Shown: positions 46,168 to 47,354 of the stretch, in pieces
Numbering within the stretch: the stretch's first letter is position 1
How the letters are laid out: every line of letters begins with the position of its first letter
IMG/VR virus record: IMGVR_UViG_3300009472_000001
Span: 1-47,354 of that record
Strand: one strand, 5' to 3'
DNA length: 47,354 bases
Origin: a virus
Lineage: Duplodnaviria; Caudoviricetes
Notes under the pieces: generated by a model
Database searches by the model: none
Seen by the model: the letters and a program-made list of their open reading frames with translations, nothing else
What the model was told of the DNA's origin: nothing
Position numbers and translations under genes: made by a program

Positions 46168-46549
46168 AAAGCTAAGGGACCGTGTAAAGTCCGGTATGCC
46201 ATATGAGGTGGCGTATGGTCTTGAATACGTTCTGATGCGTCGCGGCGTGGAGAAGTTCAACGGCAACAAGTGGAGTAAATAAGCGCCACCGGGGCAGGAA
46301 CCGGAAACGATTAAGTGCATGGTTGCCATCATCAAGGTTGTGCGTCGTGGAAATACATGGGCGAAAGACATTGCGCCGTTGGTTGGTCGTAGCGTCAAAA
46401 ACATTGCGCGTTGCCTTGATGCTCTTGTGACTGAGGGTGCAATTAAACCCGTTGACAGGCACGGGCACAAAGGGCGGTTGTTTGCGATTGATACGCATGC
46501 AGATGAATTCTTGGACGCATACGATACGCAAAAAAACATGTTTGATTGA
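46154..46549 (+). pseudogene. Winged-HTH-like protein gene split by one in-frame TAA (46280-46282), or two adjacent in-frame ORFs
   Basis: ATG 46154 (GGAGG upstream) is in frame with ORF 46319-46549 (AKDIAPLVGRSVKNIARCLDALVTEGAI). Confidence 0.5.
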
Positions 46550-46603
46550 CACGATCTGCACAACTGATAATGTACCCGTAGCTTAACAACTGCGGGTATT
46601 TTT

Positions 46604-46780
46604 ATGTCTATTTACATTCAAGACACATGGTCAGGTGAAGGTAGTCTTTTCTCTGATACTGCGTTTTGCAGCGAAAGGGAAAGCCATAGCGCATTACTTG
46701 GGCCAGACGGAAAGCCGCTACAATATCAGCAACCGCCCAAAATTGGCTTTGATCTAACACCAAAAAGGAGAGGGCTATGA
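46604..46780 (+). CDS. Small hypothetical protein (58 aa)
   Basis: LLGPDGKPL...IGF motif; ATGA overlap with next gene. Confidence 0.55.
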   Translation: MSIYIQDTWSGEGSLFSDTAFCSERESHSALLGPDGKPLQYQQPPKIGFDLTPKRRGL

Positions 46781-47079
46781 ACCTATCAACATTAACGGCG
46801 GAACAGCGACTATGGGGCAAGGTATTGTGCCAGATGCTACTGGACGCAATCGAAGGGCCAGAACCGTTTAGGGCTAGTCCTAGTGGCGGTGAAGATAAGA
46901 GTGAGGAATATGAAAGCCGACGCATATCACGAGGTCAGGTGACTGACATGGATGAGGCGTTCTGCTTTGCTTGTGATGCAATGGATTGGGATCCAGAAGT
47001 CATCAGGGATAGCTACCTCGCGGGCAACATGACCCGCGAAGGCGTTTATTATGTGATGGAAAAGCTAACTAACCGTTAA
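46777..47079 (+). CDS. Hypothetical phage protein
   Basis: EQRLWGKVL...LDA...F..CD...DPE.IR pattern; AAGGAG RBS. Confidence 0.75.
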   Translation: MNLSTLTAEQRLWGKVLCQMLLDAIEGPEPFRASPSGGEDKSEEYESRRISRGQVTDMDEAFCFACDAMDWDPEVIRDSYLAGNMTREGVYYVMEKLTNR

Positions 47080-47354
47080 ACATTGCCGTCATACCGCTAG
47101 GCGTCGATGGTTCTTCACGTAAATACAGAACTATCGACGCGGGCAGGTAACCGCGCAACTTATTGATTGCATCGGCTTCGATCTGCCGAATACGTTCTCT
47201 TGTTACGCCAAGTTCTGACCCGATAACATCAAGCGTAAACCCGTGCATCCGCGCCGTGATTACGGTGCGATGCCTTGGTTTGAGCTTGTGCATCGCCGCA
47301 TTGATGTATTCGGATGGGCTATCTTTGCATCCATTGGCGTCAATGATTGTGTCA
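47069..47354 (-). CDS. Sigma factor, C-terminal part (region 4)
   Basis: LKPRHRTVITAR...TLDVIGSELGVTRERIRQIEADAINKLR. Confidence 0.85.
   Translation of the reverse strand, partial: DTIIDANGCKDSPSEYINAAMHKLKPRHRTVITARMHGFTLDVIGSELGVTRERIRQIEADAINKLRGYLPASIVLYLREEPSTPSGMTAMFNG
47232..47354. repeat. Terminal direct repeat, right copy
   Basis: Identical to 1-123. Confidence 0.95.

Noticed and set aside
25-47293. Numerous antisense ORFs of 60-210 aa in the six-frame track
   Set aside because: They lie opposite well-supported genes and lack RBSs or motifs; treated as shadow ORFs

Overview
This window is an apparently complete, circularly assembled genome of a tailed dsDNA phage. It is about 47.2 kb of unique sequence, and bases 1-123 are repeated at 47232-47354. 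The non-contractile-type tail genes suggest a siphovirus, and the SSB, DnaN and RpoH-like proteins point to an alphaproteobacterial, probably Rhodobacteraceae-like, host. The minus-strand replication/recombination module (1-12750) encodes a sigma factor spanning the contig junction, beta clamp, amino-MTase plus SNF2-like helicase, ThyX, SSB, YqaJ exonuclease, VRR-NUC, SF2 helicase, C5-MTase and primase-helicase. An iteron-rich putative origin follows (12817-13185), then a plus-strand run of small genes (13251-17809). The long minus-strand morphogenesis/lysis module (44727 to about 17856) is interrupted by several plus-strand islands, each apparently with its own promoter. I recognised no integrase, repressor or DNA polymerase. 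The most notable features are: (i) a 106-nt tRNA-like RNA with an extended anticodon arm, at the end of an array of stem-loop elements; (ii) a C5 methyltransferase split into two nested out-of-frame polypeptides, as in M.EcoHK31I; (iii) an Acb2/Tad1-like candidate anti-defence gene inserted in the head operon; (iv) inserted genes flanked by duplicated RBS/start junctions; (v) two ORFs broken by single in-frame stops. All protein calls come from motif recognition by eye, not database searches.
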